Of a stretch of DNA of 64,000 bases, positions 1 to 13,064 are shown one piece after another; the stretch's first letter is position 1, and each line of letters starts with the position of its first letter. Source of the DNA: Octopus sinensis (taxonomy: Eukaryota). The notes under the pieces are model-generated. The model searched no databases. It saw only the letters and a list, made by a program, of their open reading frames with translations, and was not told the DNA's origin. The DNA lies in the NCBI RefSeq assembly GCF_006345805.1, contig NC_043004.1, positions 16,244,001 to 16,308,000 on the forward strand. The letters run 5' to 3'. A program made the position numbers and the translations under genes.

Positions 1-480
1 AATTATTCAATGCCATTTCATAATATGAATTTTCCAAGAGTTTATTCAGTAGAACTTATGTTCTATGCAGAAGCATTCTGTATGCTATAGTTGATGTTGT
101 ATACATTTTTCGAAATTGTAAGAATTGGAAAATTTCCTCGGTTGCATACATCACATTAACAGTCACAGGAAAATTAATATCTGCATGATTATAGATCGAC
201 ATGAATTATAAGACATCCGACAGTAAAATAGTTAAGTGAAATACTGAAAGAAGTAAACATTATGAACCGCCATACTTTATTCAGTAATAAAAGATAATTA
301 GCCAGTCTATTTCATAATTCTTGATAATATATTGATTTTTATATTATATTTGAGTACGAGATTAAATGATGTCGCATCTATATTGCTGAAATATTTTTAT
401 AGATTATATATTTTAGATGAATTTCATGTAATTCGTTTACCTCTCTGTGCGCTGTCATAATATTGTTATTAAACACGTAC

Positions 481-499
481 GTCTCTCTCTCTCTCCTCC

Positions 500-531
<32 letters not shown>

Positions 532-630
532 TATATATACATATATATATATATGTATATATATATATCTAAATATATATATATATTATATATATACATA
601 TATATTTATATATATATATATAATATATAT

Positions 631-673
<43 letters not shown>

Positions 674-733
674 TGTATATATATATATCTAAATATATAT
701 GTATATATATATATATATATATAAATATATATG

Positions 734-780
<47 letters not shown>

Positions 781-958
781 GTGTGTATATATATATATAT
801 AATATATATATATATGTATATATATATGTGTATATATATATATAAATATACGCTCACATTCACATACATGTGTGTCATGCGCGTTTGTGGTTTTATATGT
901 ATACATATATACATGTATTTACATACACATAAATATATATGGGTATATATAATATGTA

Positions 959-1002
<44 letters not shown>

Positions 1003-1032
1003 AACATATATATTATATATACATATATAAAC

Positions 1033-1063
<31 letters not shown>

Positions 1064-1130
1064 CATACATGCACACACACAAACACATATATATACGCAT
1101 ATATATACATATATATATTCATATATTGTG
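481..1130. repeat. Compound (CT)n/(TA)n/(CA)n microsatellite
   Basis: Directly visible; the IY/YI-rich ORFs here are translation artefacts. Confidence 0.95.
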
Positions 1131-2639
1131 CAGATGATAAACATAAATAGGTGGTTGACTGTAATATTATTTTACTGCATACATGTCTAGGATTGATTGA
1201 AAATCTAATAAAATATTGATATAACATATCGGGAATATTCGTAAGTTTAGAATGGGGTTTGGTGAATAGTTTCAAACAAATGGTTTACAATTTGAATATA
1301 TGACAATAGTAGACAATCTACCACACAGAATATTCAATGTAACTTGAGTCAAAGAAAAAATACTGTGTACGACGTTTATATTTAGGCCAGGTTGAAAGCT
1401 GAATATTTTACACGCTAATTTCGAAACCAAAAATATTAAATGTGAAAGTGCTATCGTGATTCCACATCATTCGTCGGAACACATGACATTGACAACTCTT
1501 GTTCTTTATACCTCGGAGATAAGATGTTTGGAATGAAACTGAGATCTTACATACAGCGCTTTTTTATTATTACCTAGGATTTGACCTTTGCCTACATGAA
1601 ATATTACATACCTGAACAAAAGGTTAAAAGGGCATAGAACATTGCCGGAATATTTGTTTCATATCGTATGAAATTTCATATATTTCCAATACTTATCACA
1701 TATGGTTATGAATGAGTTAGACACGTGTTCTTTGTTCCAATACACGTCCTCGCCTTTCAGATATGATTCATAGTGAAATGTCAGATATAGCACAATAATG
1801 ATGTATACACGACGTAAGTACACTCACCAAGTGTTAGAGACAAACACATTCATCTTCATGGACAGAAAGCATTATTAACCAAAATATATATCATTAGTTA
1901 CATAGCATTCGATGGATTAGCACAACAAAAAGTTATATTACAACGAGGTGGTTATTCCAAAATTATTATTACGATTTTGAATAATTTTTTTGTACGAGCC
2001 CAGTATGAATGGGTCACATTGATTCGATTAGAAGCTGGCTGATATTTCAGATGCAAGACGTTTTGTGAGATCCCAATCGATAATCCGCAGTGAAATACTG
2101 AAATGGCCATGTTGACGATCTTGTAGTTTTGAAATATTTGATTAGAAGTAGAAGCTTCACGAATATTTCATACAATAAAACTTTCTGGCTATAAGACAAG
2201 ATTTATAGCAAACAGAAACTGAGGGATTTATTCCTAAAAAATATATAAAATATTACTTTTATTGCATTTTTAGACACTTCTTTATTTAAATGCAAAAACA
2301 AAACAAATGATGGCAGAATTTCACTGCATTTTGAAACTGTTTTCCAACAGAATAATGTTTTGTTGCATGTTCTGTATTCCATACGAACTGGAATTCATAA
2401 CATTTGTTTCTTAATTTATTCAATGTAGAAAGAACTCTTAAATGAATAATCGTAATCACACTTGCCGCTTCTGAGAGGCAATCTCAACATCACACGTTCA
2501 GTTGCAGTTCAAACCAGAGATTTTGTGCTAAACCAAACAGAGCGCCCATAGCACTTAGCGATTACGTTAAGTCAGTTGACGAAAGCACCTGAGGTATTCT
2601 ATAATTTTATTACCTTAGTTTCAGCTAATTTGCATCATG

Positions 2640-3090
2640 TTATAGTAGCGTTATTGCATTCTTCTAGTCTGGCATTCATCTTAATGTCTTCGTTGAATTC
2701 ATAAATTTCGTGTTGTAGGTATTCCTTTTGGATCTTATTCCTTCTAATGAAGCACAAGATTAACAAAACTGGAGGATAATGCAAATTTCTGGAAGATTTT
2801 AGTTTGTATGTATAGTGGATCTAATTATCTTCGTTCCAGTTTGCGTTGATATGGCCTTTATTCAATTTGTGGCTGATATATTTCGTTGGTACCATTGCTT
2901 TATTTTGACAAGATTTTCCAATAAACTGGATTGTGGAATGTGTTTAAATGGCCTTCGGTAGTCAATACAGGATATGCTAAGTATCGTGATTCTCATTTAA
3001 AATCTCCCTGCACTGCTCTATTCACCAGTATTTGATCTTGACCCAGCAATATTTCTTCCAGGACCCTTTTCTTATCAGCCGATAATATAC
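2640..3090 (-). mobile_element. Highly degraded RT fragment, R4-like non-LTR retrotransposon
   Basis: Frameshifted minus-strand pieces GQDQILVNRAV and LSISCIDYRRP resemble GCKDQLMINKAI and the following motif-A region of the element at 3594-7736. Confidence 0.45.
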
Positions 3091-3185
3091 TACAAAATAT
3101 GGCGGAGAAGCTTTGGTCTTAGTTTGCAATTAATAATCCTTCTCTCTCTGCTATGAGTTCTGAGCTTCTCAGCTGTATTTGGGAT

Positions 3186-3528
3186 TTATTACCTCCACCT
3201 TAGCGAAGGCGGGTTTATTGTTTACAGTCGTGTTTGTTTATTTGTTTGTCTGTGGGACAAATTATCTTAAGAACCGCTGGATGGATTTGGATAAAACTTT
3301 CAGGAATGTTTGTCCACGTGACTGGCACGAAGTGATTAGATTTTGAGATCTACGCAGTACCGGTTTTTTTACATAATTTTTGAGAGCGGTCGGAATAATC
3401 TTTAGTATTCTCGCTTGTGAAAGCAGTCGAGTTCATCTCAGATATACTCATTTTAAAAATAATCTCCGGCTAATCGTTGAAAGGACGTTAGTATTGCTTT
3501 GGCGGAAATTTGCGCTCTCTCTGTGCTC

Positions 3529-3530
<2 letters not shown>
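3186..3530 (+). mobile_element. Non-autonomous Helentron-type element (HINE/DINE-1-like)
   Basis: 5' TTATTACCTCCACC sub-TIR, short inverted repeat (CCACCTT..AAGGCGG), (GTTT/GTCT)n patch, 3' GGCGGAAAT sub-TIR, GCGC..GTGC hairpin and T-rich end. Confidence 0.65.

Positions 3531-3593
<63 letters not shown>
3529..3593. repeat. (TTA)n microsatellite at the 3' end of the R4/Dong-like element
   Basis: Pure TTA run abutting the element. Confidence 0.95.
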
Positions 3594-3596
<3 letters not shown>

Positions 3597-3690
3597 TAGT
3601 TTTATTTTTATAGCGTGCTTTCACTTCACTACCGAGCGCAGCTCTGTGTGCCTTGGGTATGTGCTGTGATTTGTTGTGATGCTCTGATGG

Positions 3691-6600
3691 TTATTGTATG
3701 GAAAGTGTTCTGCGTAGGATGTGTGCAGTGCCTAGTAGTGCAATTTTCTGTATGTTATATGTGTTTGTAAGTCCTGGTGTTTTTGTTATGTATTTGTCTG
3801 AATATTTTTTTATCATGCCTAATGCACCTACTATGATAGGAATTGTTTCTGTTTTCAGATTCCACATTCTAGTTACCTCTATTTCCAGGTCTTTGTATTT
3901 TGAGAGTTTCTCCATTTCTTTTAGAGACATGTTGTCATCAGCCGGTATTGATACATCAATTAGAAAACATTTTTTTCTTCATGATCTCTGACAACTATAT
4001 CTGGTCTGTTGGCCTTAATTTCTCTATCTGTGTGTATCGGCATATCTCAGATTATGGTTGCTTTCTCGTTTTCTGTGACCTTTTCTGGTGTGTGCCTATA
4101 CCATCTTTTTTCTGTTGTTATTCCATAATGTTGGTATAGCTTCCAATGTATGTAGGTTCCAAATCTGTCATGTCTGTGAATATATTCCTTCTTAGCCAGG
4201 ACTGGGCAGCTAGAGATAATATGATTTATTGTTTCTTGTCCATCTCCACATATTCTGCAGTTACTTGTAATATTTCTTTTCATTATATGTTTTTGGTAAT
4301 TTCTGGTGGGGAGGCTTTGGTCCTGTGCTGCAATTAAAAATCCCTTTGTTTCTGCTTTGAGTCCTGAGCTTCTCAACCATTGTTGGGATTTTTCTTTGTC
4401 TATTTCTTTTGCGTTTAGTTTAGTCCAGTATTTACGATGAAGGGGCTTTTCTTGCCATCGTTTTATCATGGTTCGTTGCTGTTCTATTTTTAGATTGGAT
4501 TTCATTTGTTTTATAGCTTTTGCTGTTTCTTCATCTTCTTCTTCTTCTTCTTCTTCTTCTTCTTCTTCTTCTTCTTCTTCTTCTTCTTCTTCTTCTTCTT
4601 CTTCTTCTTCTTCTTCTTCTTCTTCTTCTTCAAGTTTATTAGGTGGTATGATTTCTTGTTTGTATTTGTCAGCTTCCTTAAATACTGAGAACAGTTTTTT
4701 GTTTTGCTCGTGTTTTGCCGCTATCTGGATCAGTTTTCCTTCCTTCTGAAGTAGATATTTTTGCAGTCATATGGTGGTTATGTTATAGTAGTTTCCCAGC
4801 TGTATAAGGCCTCTACCACCTTCTATACGTTGTATATATAGTCTTTCTATGTCAGATTTTGAGTGATGCATCCTAGATCCTGTCATTATTTTTCTTGTTT
4901 TCCTATCTATTTTGGTCAGTTCATTTAGTGTCCAGTTAAGAATATTGTAGCTGTAACTGGGACGGCTAAAGTGTTGATACCTATTATCTTGTTTTTAGCA
5001 TTGAGCTCTGTTTTTAGTATTGATCTAACTCGTCTATAATATTCTTTTTTTATTTACTCTTTCATTTGTGTGTATTGTGTCTTATCTAGTTCATGGATTC
5101 CTAAGTATTTGTAAGTTTGGCTTTGGTCTAATTCTTTTATTTCAATGGTTTTTATCTAGTGTGATGTTGTTACTCTTAACTAGTTTTCCTCTTTTCATGG
5201 TTACTTTGGCGCATTTTTCTAATCCAAATTCCATATCTATTTCTTTGGTAAATCCATGAACTGTCTTTAATAGTGTCTCCAGCTGTTTGTCATTTGCAGC
5301 GTATAGTTTTAGGTCATCCATATATAAAAGGTGGCTGATCATTTTGCCGTAACATTTATATCCGCATCCAGTTCTGTTTAGCATATCCGATAGAGGTGAT
5401 AGTGCCAAGTAGAAAAGGAGTGGAGAGAGCGTATCTCCCTGGAATATTCCTCTTCTAATGGGGATGTCTTTGATTTTCACAAGTCCCTCTTTTATTTGGA
5501 GCTGTAGCACTGTTTGCCATTTATTCATAGAGTGTCCTATGAATTTTATAATTGTTGGTGCAAATTTGTTCATGGCTAGTGTTTCGAGGATCCATTTGTG
5601 GGGGATGCTATCAAACGCCTTTTTTGTAGTCGATCCAGGCCATACTAAGCCCTTTCTTCTTTCAGTGGCTGTCTTCAGTTATGGCTTTATTGATCATTAG
5701 TTGATCTTTACAGCCATATGAGCCTTTGCGGTATCCTTTCTGCTCTTCTGGAAACAGGTTGTTTTCGTCCAGGTGCTTGTTCAATGTTTGCGATATTACT
5801 GCAGTAAATGCTTTGTACATTGTAGGGAGACAGGTTATAGGTCTGTAGTTTTCTGGCTTTGCTGTCTCATTTGATTTAGGAATTAAGATGGTTTTCCCCT
5901 TCGTGAGCCATTCAGGCATTGTCTCTGGCTCTGCCAGTATGTAGTTAAAATTTTCAGCCAGCTTTTTGTGCATTCCTGTTAGATATTTCAACCAGAAGTT
6001 GGGGATCTTGTCATGCTCAGGTGCCTTCCAGTTGCTTAGTCTTTGCAGTGCCTGGGTGACCTCTTCAGTTGTTATGGGGGTCCAAAGTTGTTCAGATGCT
6101 GAGTTTGTTGTTTTAATACTCATTTTTTTGGTTGTTCGTTCGCCGACCATATTTCTCTCCAGAATTCTTCCACTTTTTCTGCCGTTGGTGCTGCAGTGAT
6201 TTCTATTTTATTTTTGCCAAGTTCTTGGTAGAACGTTTTGGGGTTGGAGTTGAACTGTTTGTTTTGTTCAAAGAAACGTTGGCGTTTCTCGTACCGGCGG
6301 ATCCTTTGTGCTTTGGCAAGGATATCTTGCTTTAGTTTTTCTTTTATCTCAGGTAAATCTTTTTCTGTGGTGTTGTATTTGCGGAGTATCTTTGTTTTCT
6401 TTTTGTTGCTCAGTAGTGCTGATTGTCTACTGATTTCATTAAGAATCGACAGATCTTTTCTCATTTTTTGTATTTTGTTTTTGATGTTATTTATCCACAG
6501 GGTTTGCTTGGGTGGTGTTACTCCTGTTTGGATGGGTTTGAGTGATTATCCAGCTTTTTTTGTGGCTGCAGTGGCTGCTGCGTATACTAAGTCATTTAGC

Positions 6601-7486
6601 TCAGTGATATCGCTTTTTGTTTCAGTGGCTATTAGTTCCGTGGCGGCTAGGTTTATGTTGTTTATAATTGATGTTGTTGTTTTGTCTATTTTGATTTTTG
6701 GGAGGTATGGTCAGTGCTCCATTTTGAGCTCTGTGGTTTCAGTTCTTTGATTATTCTACTTTTTATAGTTTCATAATCATTAGGCTCCCCTTCGTTGTTT
6801 CCAGGTTTTAGATTTGTGTCGCTTTCTTTCTCATCCGTATGTTTGTTTGTCGTGTTTTGGCTTGCTGTTTGTCATGTATTATTATGTATCCTTACGGTCT
6901 GGGTTTGTTGTTTTTTGTTTACATCGTTTTTGTTAGAAATGTTACGTTTGTCTTCGTGTTTTACTGTTTCAGTGTTTGTATTATTTGGCATTGTTGTGTG
7001 GCTTCTATCTACATTTTCCTGATGTATTTTTTTCTTCCAAATGTTCTATTTCTATTTCTGATATTTTTTGGCGTTGAGAATATATCTCCGTATATTTGCT
7101 ACTTTATTAGTGTTCATTGTTGTATCTAGATCTTTATTTATATTATTTTTCTTCCATATTTTGTATGTATGTGTTGTTGTATTTTCATTCTTTGGGTAGA
7201 GCACTGCTGTAAAGTATGCGTGTAGGATAGAAATGTATTCCTCACGTGTCCATTTATGTCTTTTGGGTTTTATTTGCGGGACATGAGGAACAACGTCCGG
7301 CCCATTATTTTGACGGTCGTCATTTTCGTAGGGTACCGGTCCGTTCATTTCTATTGTTACATTATTTTGCACGTGTAGTTTTTCGTACATTTTATGTTGT
7401 AAGTTTACAGTACGTACTTCCCGATTGTTATTCTTGGGTTGAATAATGTCGGTCTTATTTAATTTATTCGTAGTTTTTTTGTACAT
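3691..7486 (-). pseudogene. Disrupted RT-CCHC-RLE polyprotein
   Basis: ORF pieces PENYRPITCLPTMYK, GCKDQLMINKAI, RRGIFQGDTLSPLLF, HLLYMDDLKLYA, FGLEKCAK, CRICGDGQETINHIISSC..RHD and KLSKYKDLEIE..IPIIVGALG..ALLGTAHILR, with several stops and frameshifts. Confidence 0.9.
4527..4631. repeat. (TTC)n tract inside the retrotransposon ORF (in-frame poly-Glu)
   Basis: 105 nt; the minus strand reads PPNKL, then 35 acidic codons (34 E, 1 D), then TAKAIKQMKS. Confidence 0.9.
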
Positions 7487-7736
7487 GGTGTTTGGGGCCG
7501 GAGATGATCTGGTGTTGATGGATCGTAATGTATCAAGAATGTTTACATGTGTTGTGTTAGAGGTGGAGATGATATCGAGTTAAAATACATCATTTCGTTT
7601 TGAAAATAGTAATAAATTTCAATGAGTATTACTTACTTGGATATAGTCCAATCCTTTGTCAGTTATTTTTTAGCTCCATGCGATGTCTTTGTTTCCGATG
7701 TTTGTGGGTAGATTTCGGAGCACTGTTTTATCGCTC

Positions 7737-7808
<72 letters not shown>

Positions 7809-7825
7809 TATTATTATTATTATTA

Positions 7826-7907
<82 letters not shown>

Positions 7908-7917
7908 TATTATTATT
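7737..7917. repeat. (TTA)n tract with a poly-T interruption between two R4-like copies
   Basis: Directly visible. Confidence 0.95.
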
Positions 7918-10460
7918 CAGTAGTTTTATTTCTATCATGTTGCTTTCACTGCACTACAGTGCGCAGTTCTGTGTGCGTTGGGTGTGTGATTTGGTTAGTT
8001 GGGGTGTTCTTATTTTTACTGTATTGAAAGTGTTTTATATAGGATTCCTGTGGTGCCTAGTAGTGTTAATTTCTGTATGTTATATATACTTATAAGTCCG
8101 GCTGTTTTTGTTATGCATTTGACTGAATGTTTTTCTTATCATACCTAATGACCCTACTATAATAGGAATTGTTTCTTTTCGGTTCCACATTCGTGTGACC
8201 TCTATTTCCAGATCTTTGTATTTTGAAAGTCTCTCCGTTTCTTTTAGAGAAACGTTGTCATCTATTATTATTTATACATCGATTAGAAGGCATATTCTTT
8301 CTTGGATATCTCTGACAAATATGTCCTGTCTATTAGCCTTGATTTCTCTATCTGTGTGTATTAGCATATCCCAGATTATCGTTGCTTTCTCATTTTCTGT
8401 GACCTTTTCTAAGGTGTGCCCATACCATCTTTTTTGTTGTCATTTCATAGTGTTGGCATAGGTTCCAGTGCATATAGGGCCCAACTCTGTCATGTTTGTG
8501 AATGTACCCGTTTTTTAGCCAGAACCGGGCAGCCAGAGACAATATGATTGTTGAGATTTTGTCTGTTTCTTTTCTGTTTAGCTTAACCCTATAATTGCCA
8601 GGAAGGGGATCTTCTTTCCATTGTTTGATCATGATACGTTATTGTTCCTGTTTTAGTTTGGATTTCAGTAGTTTTACACCCTTCTTTGCTTTGTTTATTT
8701 TTTTATAGCTGTTAGCTACTATGACTTCGGAAGTACGTATTTCTGTAATCCTATGGTGATTATTTTATAATATTTTGCTAGCTGCATAAAGATTTCACAA
8801 TCTTCAATACGTTGTATATATTACCTTATTCTGTCAGATTTTGGGTGGTGCGTCCTAAATTCTGTCATAATTCTTGTTTCCCTATCTACATCGATTAGCT
8901 CACTTAGAGTACATTTAAGAATGTTGTAGCTGTAACTTATAACTGGGACGCTAGTGCGTTGATACATATTATATTGTTTTTGTTTTGTTTGCAATGATCT
9001 CTCATTTCAATATTAATCTAACTTGTCTGCAATATTCCTCTCTTATTTTCTCTTTCATTAGTGTGTGTTGTATCGTATCTAATTTATTGATTCCTAAGAA
9101 TTTGTATTTCTGGCTTTAGTCTAATTATTTATTTTTAATTTGCTTTATCTAGTGTGAATTTGTTACTCTTAAGTAGTTTTCCTCTTTTCAAAGTTGCTTT
9201 AGCACATTGTTCTAAGCCAAATTTCATATTTATCTCTTTGGTAAATCCATGTACTGTCTGTTGTAAAGTTTCTACGCATCCAGTTCTGTTTAGCATGTCA
9301 GATAAAGGTGTCAATGTCAAGCAGAAAAGAAGTGGAGAGAGCATGTCTCCCTGGAATATTCCTCTTCTAATGGGGATGGTTTTCCCCGGAGCTGAAGTAC
9401 TGTTTACCACTTATTCATGGAATGTTTTATATATTTTATGATTATTGGTGCTACCTTGTTCATGGCTACTGTTTCTAGCATCTATGTGTGGAGAAAATAT
9501 CAACAGCCTTTCGATGATCGATCTCTTTCCTACGGCTGTCTTCAGTTAAGTCTTTATTGATCAATAGCTGATCTTTACATCTGTATGAGCCATTGCAACA
9601 TCCCTTCTGCTCTTCTGAAAACAGATTGTTTTCTTCCTGTTGTTTGCCCATTCTCTGCGATATTATTGCAGTAAATTTTAGGGAGATACCTTATCGGATT
9701 GTAATTTTGTGAGTTTGCCGGTTAAGTGGACTTGGGTAGTGGGATAGTTTTCCCTTCCGTAAGCCATTCAAACATTGTCTCTGGCTCTTCTAGTATCTCA
9801 TTAAATTTTAACAATTACATTCAAGTTTTGGTGAGAGTTGTGAATTTTGGGGAGAGTGTCACTTTTATTCAATAGTTTCTTAAATTTTCAGCCATTCAAT
9901 TATGATTTGACTTTTTAGATCATCTAGGTTCTGCTGGGTCGATTTCTCTGTGACTTTCTTTATCTACTTGATTTTCATCTGATTTGATGTTTATGGTTGG
10001 TTCAGATACTATTTCACTTTGTTTATCAGTTACATTAACTCTTTCTATCAGACCTGGCTTGGTCAATAATTATTTCCTCTGTAGTATCTTCTTTAGCTGC
10101 AACTTCGTTCTCTTTATCCCTTACTGAATGTTTAATTTTGTCAATCTTTAATTCAGTTAGTAACTTCTATTTCATAATGTTACTTCTGACATTGGCAAGT
10201 GTCTTACTAACTATGTAGGGTCTTACATCAAGCTGCTTCTGTCTCCAGTTTAGGTAGGTTTGCTCAGTATTAGATTAATTCGTGGGGAAATACATGGCAT
10301 GATAGAAAACCTTACGAAGTTCTTTATTATCTTCCCTAGATAATTTTTTACTCTTTTTCTTTTGGTTATTTGATGACGACCGTAGATGGTCATCTGTTGG
10401 AATATTGCGATTGTAGAGTGCTTCCAGTGCCTGTGTTTCGGGAAGATTTGAAACAGTAGC
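7918..10460 (-). mobile_element. Second, older, internally deleted R4/Dong-like copy
   Basis: 3' UTR matches 3594-3670 (CAGTAGTTTTATTT..GCTTTCACT..CTGTGTGC). Peptides IPIRRGIFQGDMLSPLLF, FGLEQCAK and HKHDRVG; N-terminal REDNKEL..KTLANVR parallels REEYISI..NKVANIR. 5' boundary approximate. Confidence 0.8.
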
Positions 10461-11251
10461 TTATTTTTTGTATCCAGTGTTATTCCTCATTGAGGTACGC
10501 GACCCTTGTTTATGCGGTTGACGGCCTATCTGGTTTGTATTTTGCTTTATTATCATTGAGGTATGTCGAGCTTGGACGTTAACATTAGGAGGCGGATCTG
10601 TCGGCTTAGGGTTAATTTTCGAGACAACACCGCCTCCGAGTTCTCTGAAAAACAAAACAAATTGTAACGTAGGTTCATAAGGCTACCAGCTCTGTATTCG
10701 TCAGTATTTTTTGTTTTCGATAGATTTATCTCCGGGCATAGATATTGTGGTGATTTTAAATTTATGAATTGTTCACTTTGTGTTAGTTCGAAAAGTAAAA
10801 AAAAAATATTGTTTTGTATGTGCACGTACTTACATATGAGCGTATGTGTGTCCTGTAAATTTCACGTAGTTGTGTAAACATTGGGATATATGTGTAGTCT
10901 TAATATATGTATATATATAATTGCGTAGGCATTCGAGTGTATGCGAAATTAATCAATTTGCGTACTTACTGTTTTCTTCCATTGATATTTTATAATTTGT
11001 AAACTTTCCGATATTTACTTCGCATGTATCTTTCGCATATGTTTCACTGAGATATCATGCATGGGAAAAACTGCGTTTTGTATGGCAGTAAAATTTCGTT
11101 TTTGTGATTATTTTCGTTAAAAGGCCGCTTCCTTGAAGTCTTCCAAAGATTCATATATCCCATTCCACTGATGTTAGTAGATTAGATGTGTTTTTGAATG
11201 GAGTGCCCGGTGTAGTACATTCATGTTGTTATTCAACGAGTTCTTTATTAC

Positions 11252-11305
<54 letters not shown>

Positions 11306-11309
11306 CATT

Positions 11310-11860
11310 ATACTGGGCTTCGTATATTTTACCCCAGTGTCACTTTGATGGCATGCACTGCTCTCTGACTCAATAATAATAATAATAATGCATCTCACCC
11401 ATATTTGCGCGACATGGTGATTTCATATCAAGATAAATAGCGCATGACCTTGCAGGTGGAGCCCAGTTAGATTTTTCTTATGGTCGTGTAGCCCATCCCG
11501 CTCAAAAGGTCCCTGAATAAGGATTGCTTTAGGATGTTGAACGGACCACCCATGTTTCCAAAGGCGAATTATCCAAACCTCCAAGAACCCCTTTCAACAC
11601 ACAGCCATGATGCTCCCCACTACTTCAGCCCGTGATCAGAGATGCACATATCGTCAGCCACCAAGGGACATGCTCAACTGGTTAAGGTTAAACAACTGAC
11701 AAGCAAATTTGTGGTATTGAGCAGAATATTTGCTGTAGCCCATCTGTTATACCAGGACAAAACAATGTACATGATAACACTTCCAATCAGTTAAGATCAG
11801 AAGCCATGAGAGCCACTGTCTGGTACTGCATCAGGGCATAATGTACTGCATCAGGGCATT
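11310..11860. mobile_element. Unclassified GC-richer interspersed repeat flanked by (TTA)n/(TAA)n
   Basis: Sharp compositional contrast between TTA tracts; duplicated terminal 16-mer TACTGCATCAGGGCAT; no convincing coding motif. Confidence 0.45.
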
Positions 11861-11892
11861 TATTATTATTAATATTATTATTATTATTATTA

Positions 11893-11943
<51 letters not shown>

Positions 11944-12009
11944 CATCATCATCATCATTATTATTATCATCAATCATCATCATCATCATTATTATTATTA
12001 TTATTATTA

Positions 12010-12053
<44 letters not shown>

Positions 12054-12274
12054 TAATCTCTAATTTATTTTTCATGTTTCTTCTGACTATGAAGTGTCTT
12101 ACTTCAAGCCGCTGCTATCTCCAGTTTAGACAGGTTTAAACGAAATCAAAGAAATATAAAGTTAAAGGAAAATTTTTAATGTTTTTATAAAATGATATAT
12201 GTATTTATTTTATATAACTGCATCCAAGTAATGACATTTTAGCTTTGGTTCAAAGAAACAGGTGGTAGATAGAG

Positions 12275-12307
<33 letters not shown>

Positions 12308-12372
12308 TTATTTTTTTTCGTTCTTTCATTATTATTAATATTGTTATTATTATTATTTTTATCATCATCATC

Positions 12373-12463
<91 letters not shown>

Positions 12464-12482
12464 CATCATTATTATTATTCAT
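11861..12482. repeat. Compound (TTA)n/(TCA)n/(TAGA)n microsatellites with a short unique spacer
   Basis: Directly visible; 12070-12140 resembles 10170-10260. Confidence 0.85.
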
Positions 12483-13064
12483 TGTCTTTGCACAGTTTCC
12501 AATGCCGGAGATGTAATATGGTGTCAGCTGTTCACTACTAGTGAACTAAGGTAACACCACCTATTTTTCGAGCATCTTTCGGAGTATTCGAGCAGTTCCA
12601 AACAGTGCTGTTTTTTGCGACTACTACACCCTTATTTCAGCCCCTATTTGTTCCATGTACGTCTCAAGATTTTTATTCACTCTCCCCAGGGTTCCCACAA
12701 TTATTGGTGCTACTATCACCTTTTTCATCGACCCCAACTGCTTAACCTCGCAGTCTAACCTGTTATGTATGTTGATTTCTCTTTCTTCCTTATCGCAGGC
12801 CTTGTTGTCAGCTGGGCATGCTATATATTTGATCCAGCATTGTTTTCTTTCTTTCTCAATAATTTCCAAGATTCCTGTTATCCAAGAGTGAAATATTACA
12901 TCGTATACTTTACGATAGCCAATATATGACATGGTCAGGTTTGTGTGTCTTCTCTTGCAGTTTCTGATAATCAGATTATCAGTTAACAGCAGATCATTTG
13001 TTCCCCAGGTCCTTTCAATACCCTTTCTCTTCACTAGGTAGCAATTATTCAAAGTCAACAACAT
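12483..13064 (-). mobile_element. Internally deleted R4-like fragment (RT motif-A region fused to RLE and 3' end)
   Basis: GTNDLLLTD..MSYIGYRKVYDVIFHSWI joined to CWIKYIACPAD..PIIVGTLG..KTALFGTARILR; ends at a TAA tract. Confidence 0.75.

Larger units (their letters stand above)
3594..7736 (-). mobile_element. Near full-length R4/Dong-like RLE non-LTR retrotransposon in (TAA)n
   Basis: Flanked by (TTA)n on both sides; one disrupted ORF with RT, CCHC knuckle and restriction-like endonuclease. TAA-repeat targeting is known for Dong-type R4-clade elements. Confidence 0.88.

Noticed and set aside
586-1275. IY/YI-, poly-Y/L/I/V/D- and LSIY-rich ORFs here and throughout the window
   Set aside because: Translations of microsatellites, not genes.
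7670-7736. Possible HDV-like ribozyme at the 5' end of the R4-like element (GCGAT/ATCGC and GCTCC/GGAGC crossing helices on the minus strand)
   Set aside because: Only 5-bp helices, with no room for P4 or the J4/2 catalytic C; could be chance.
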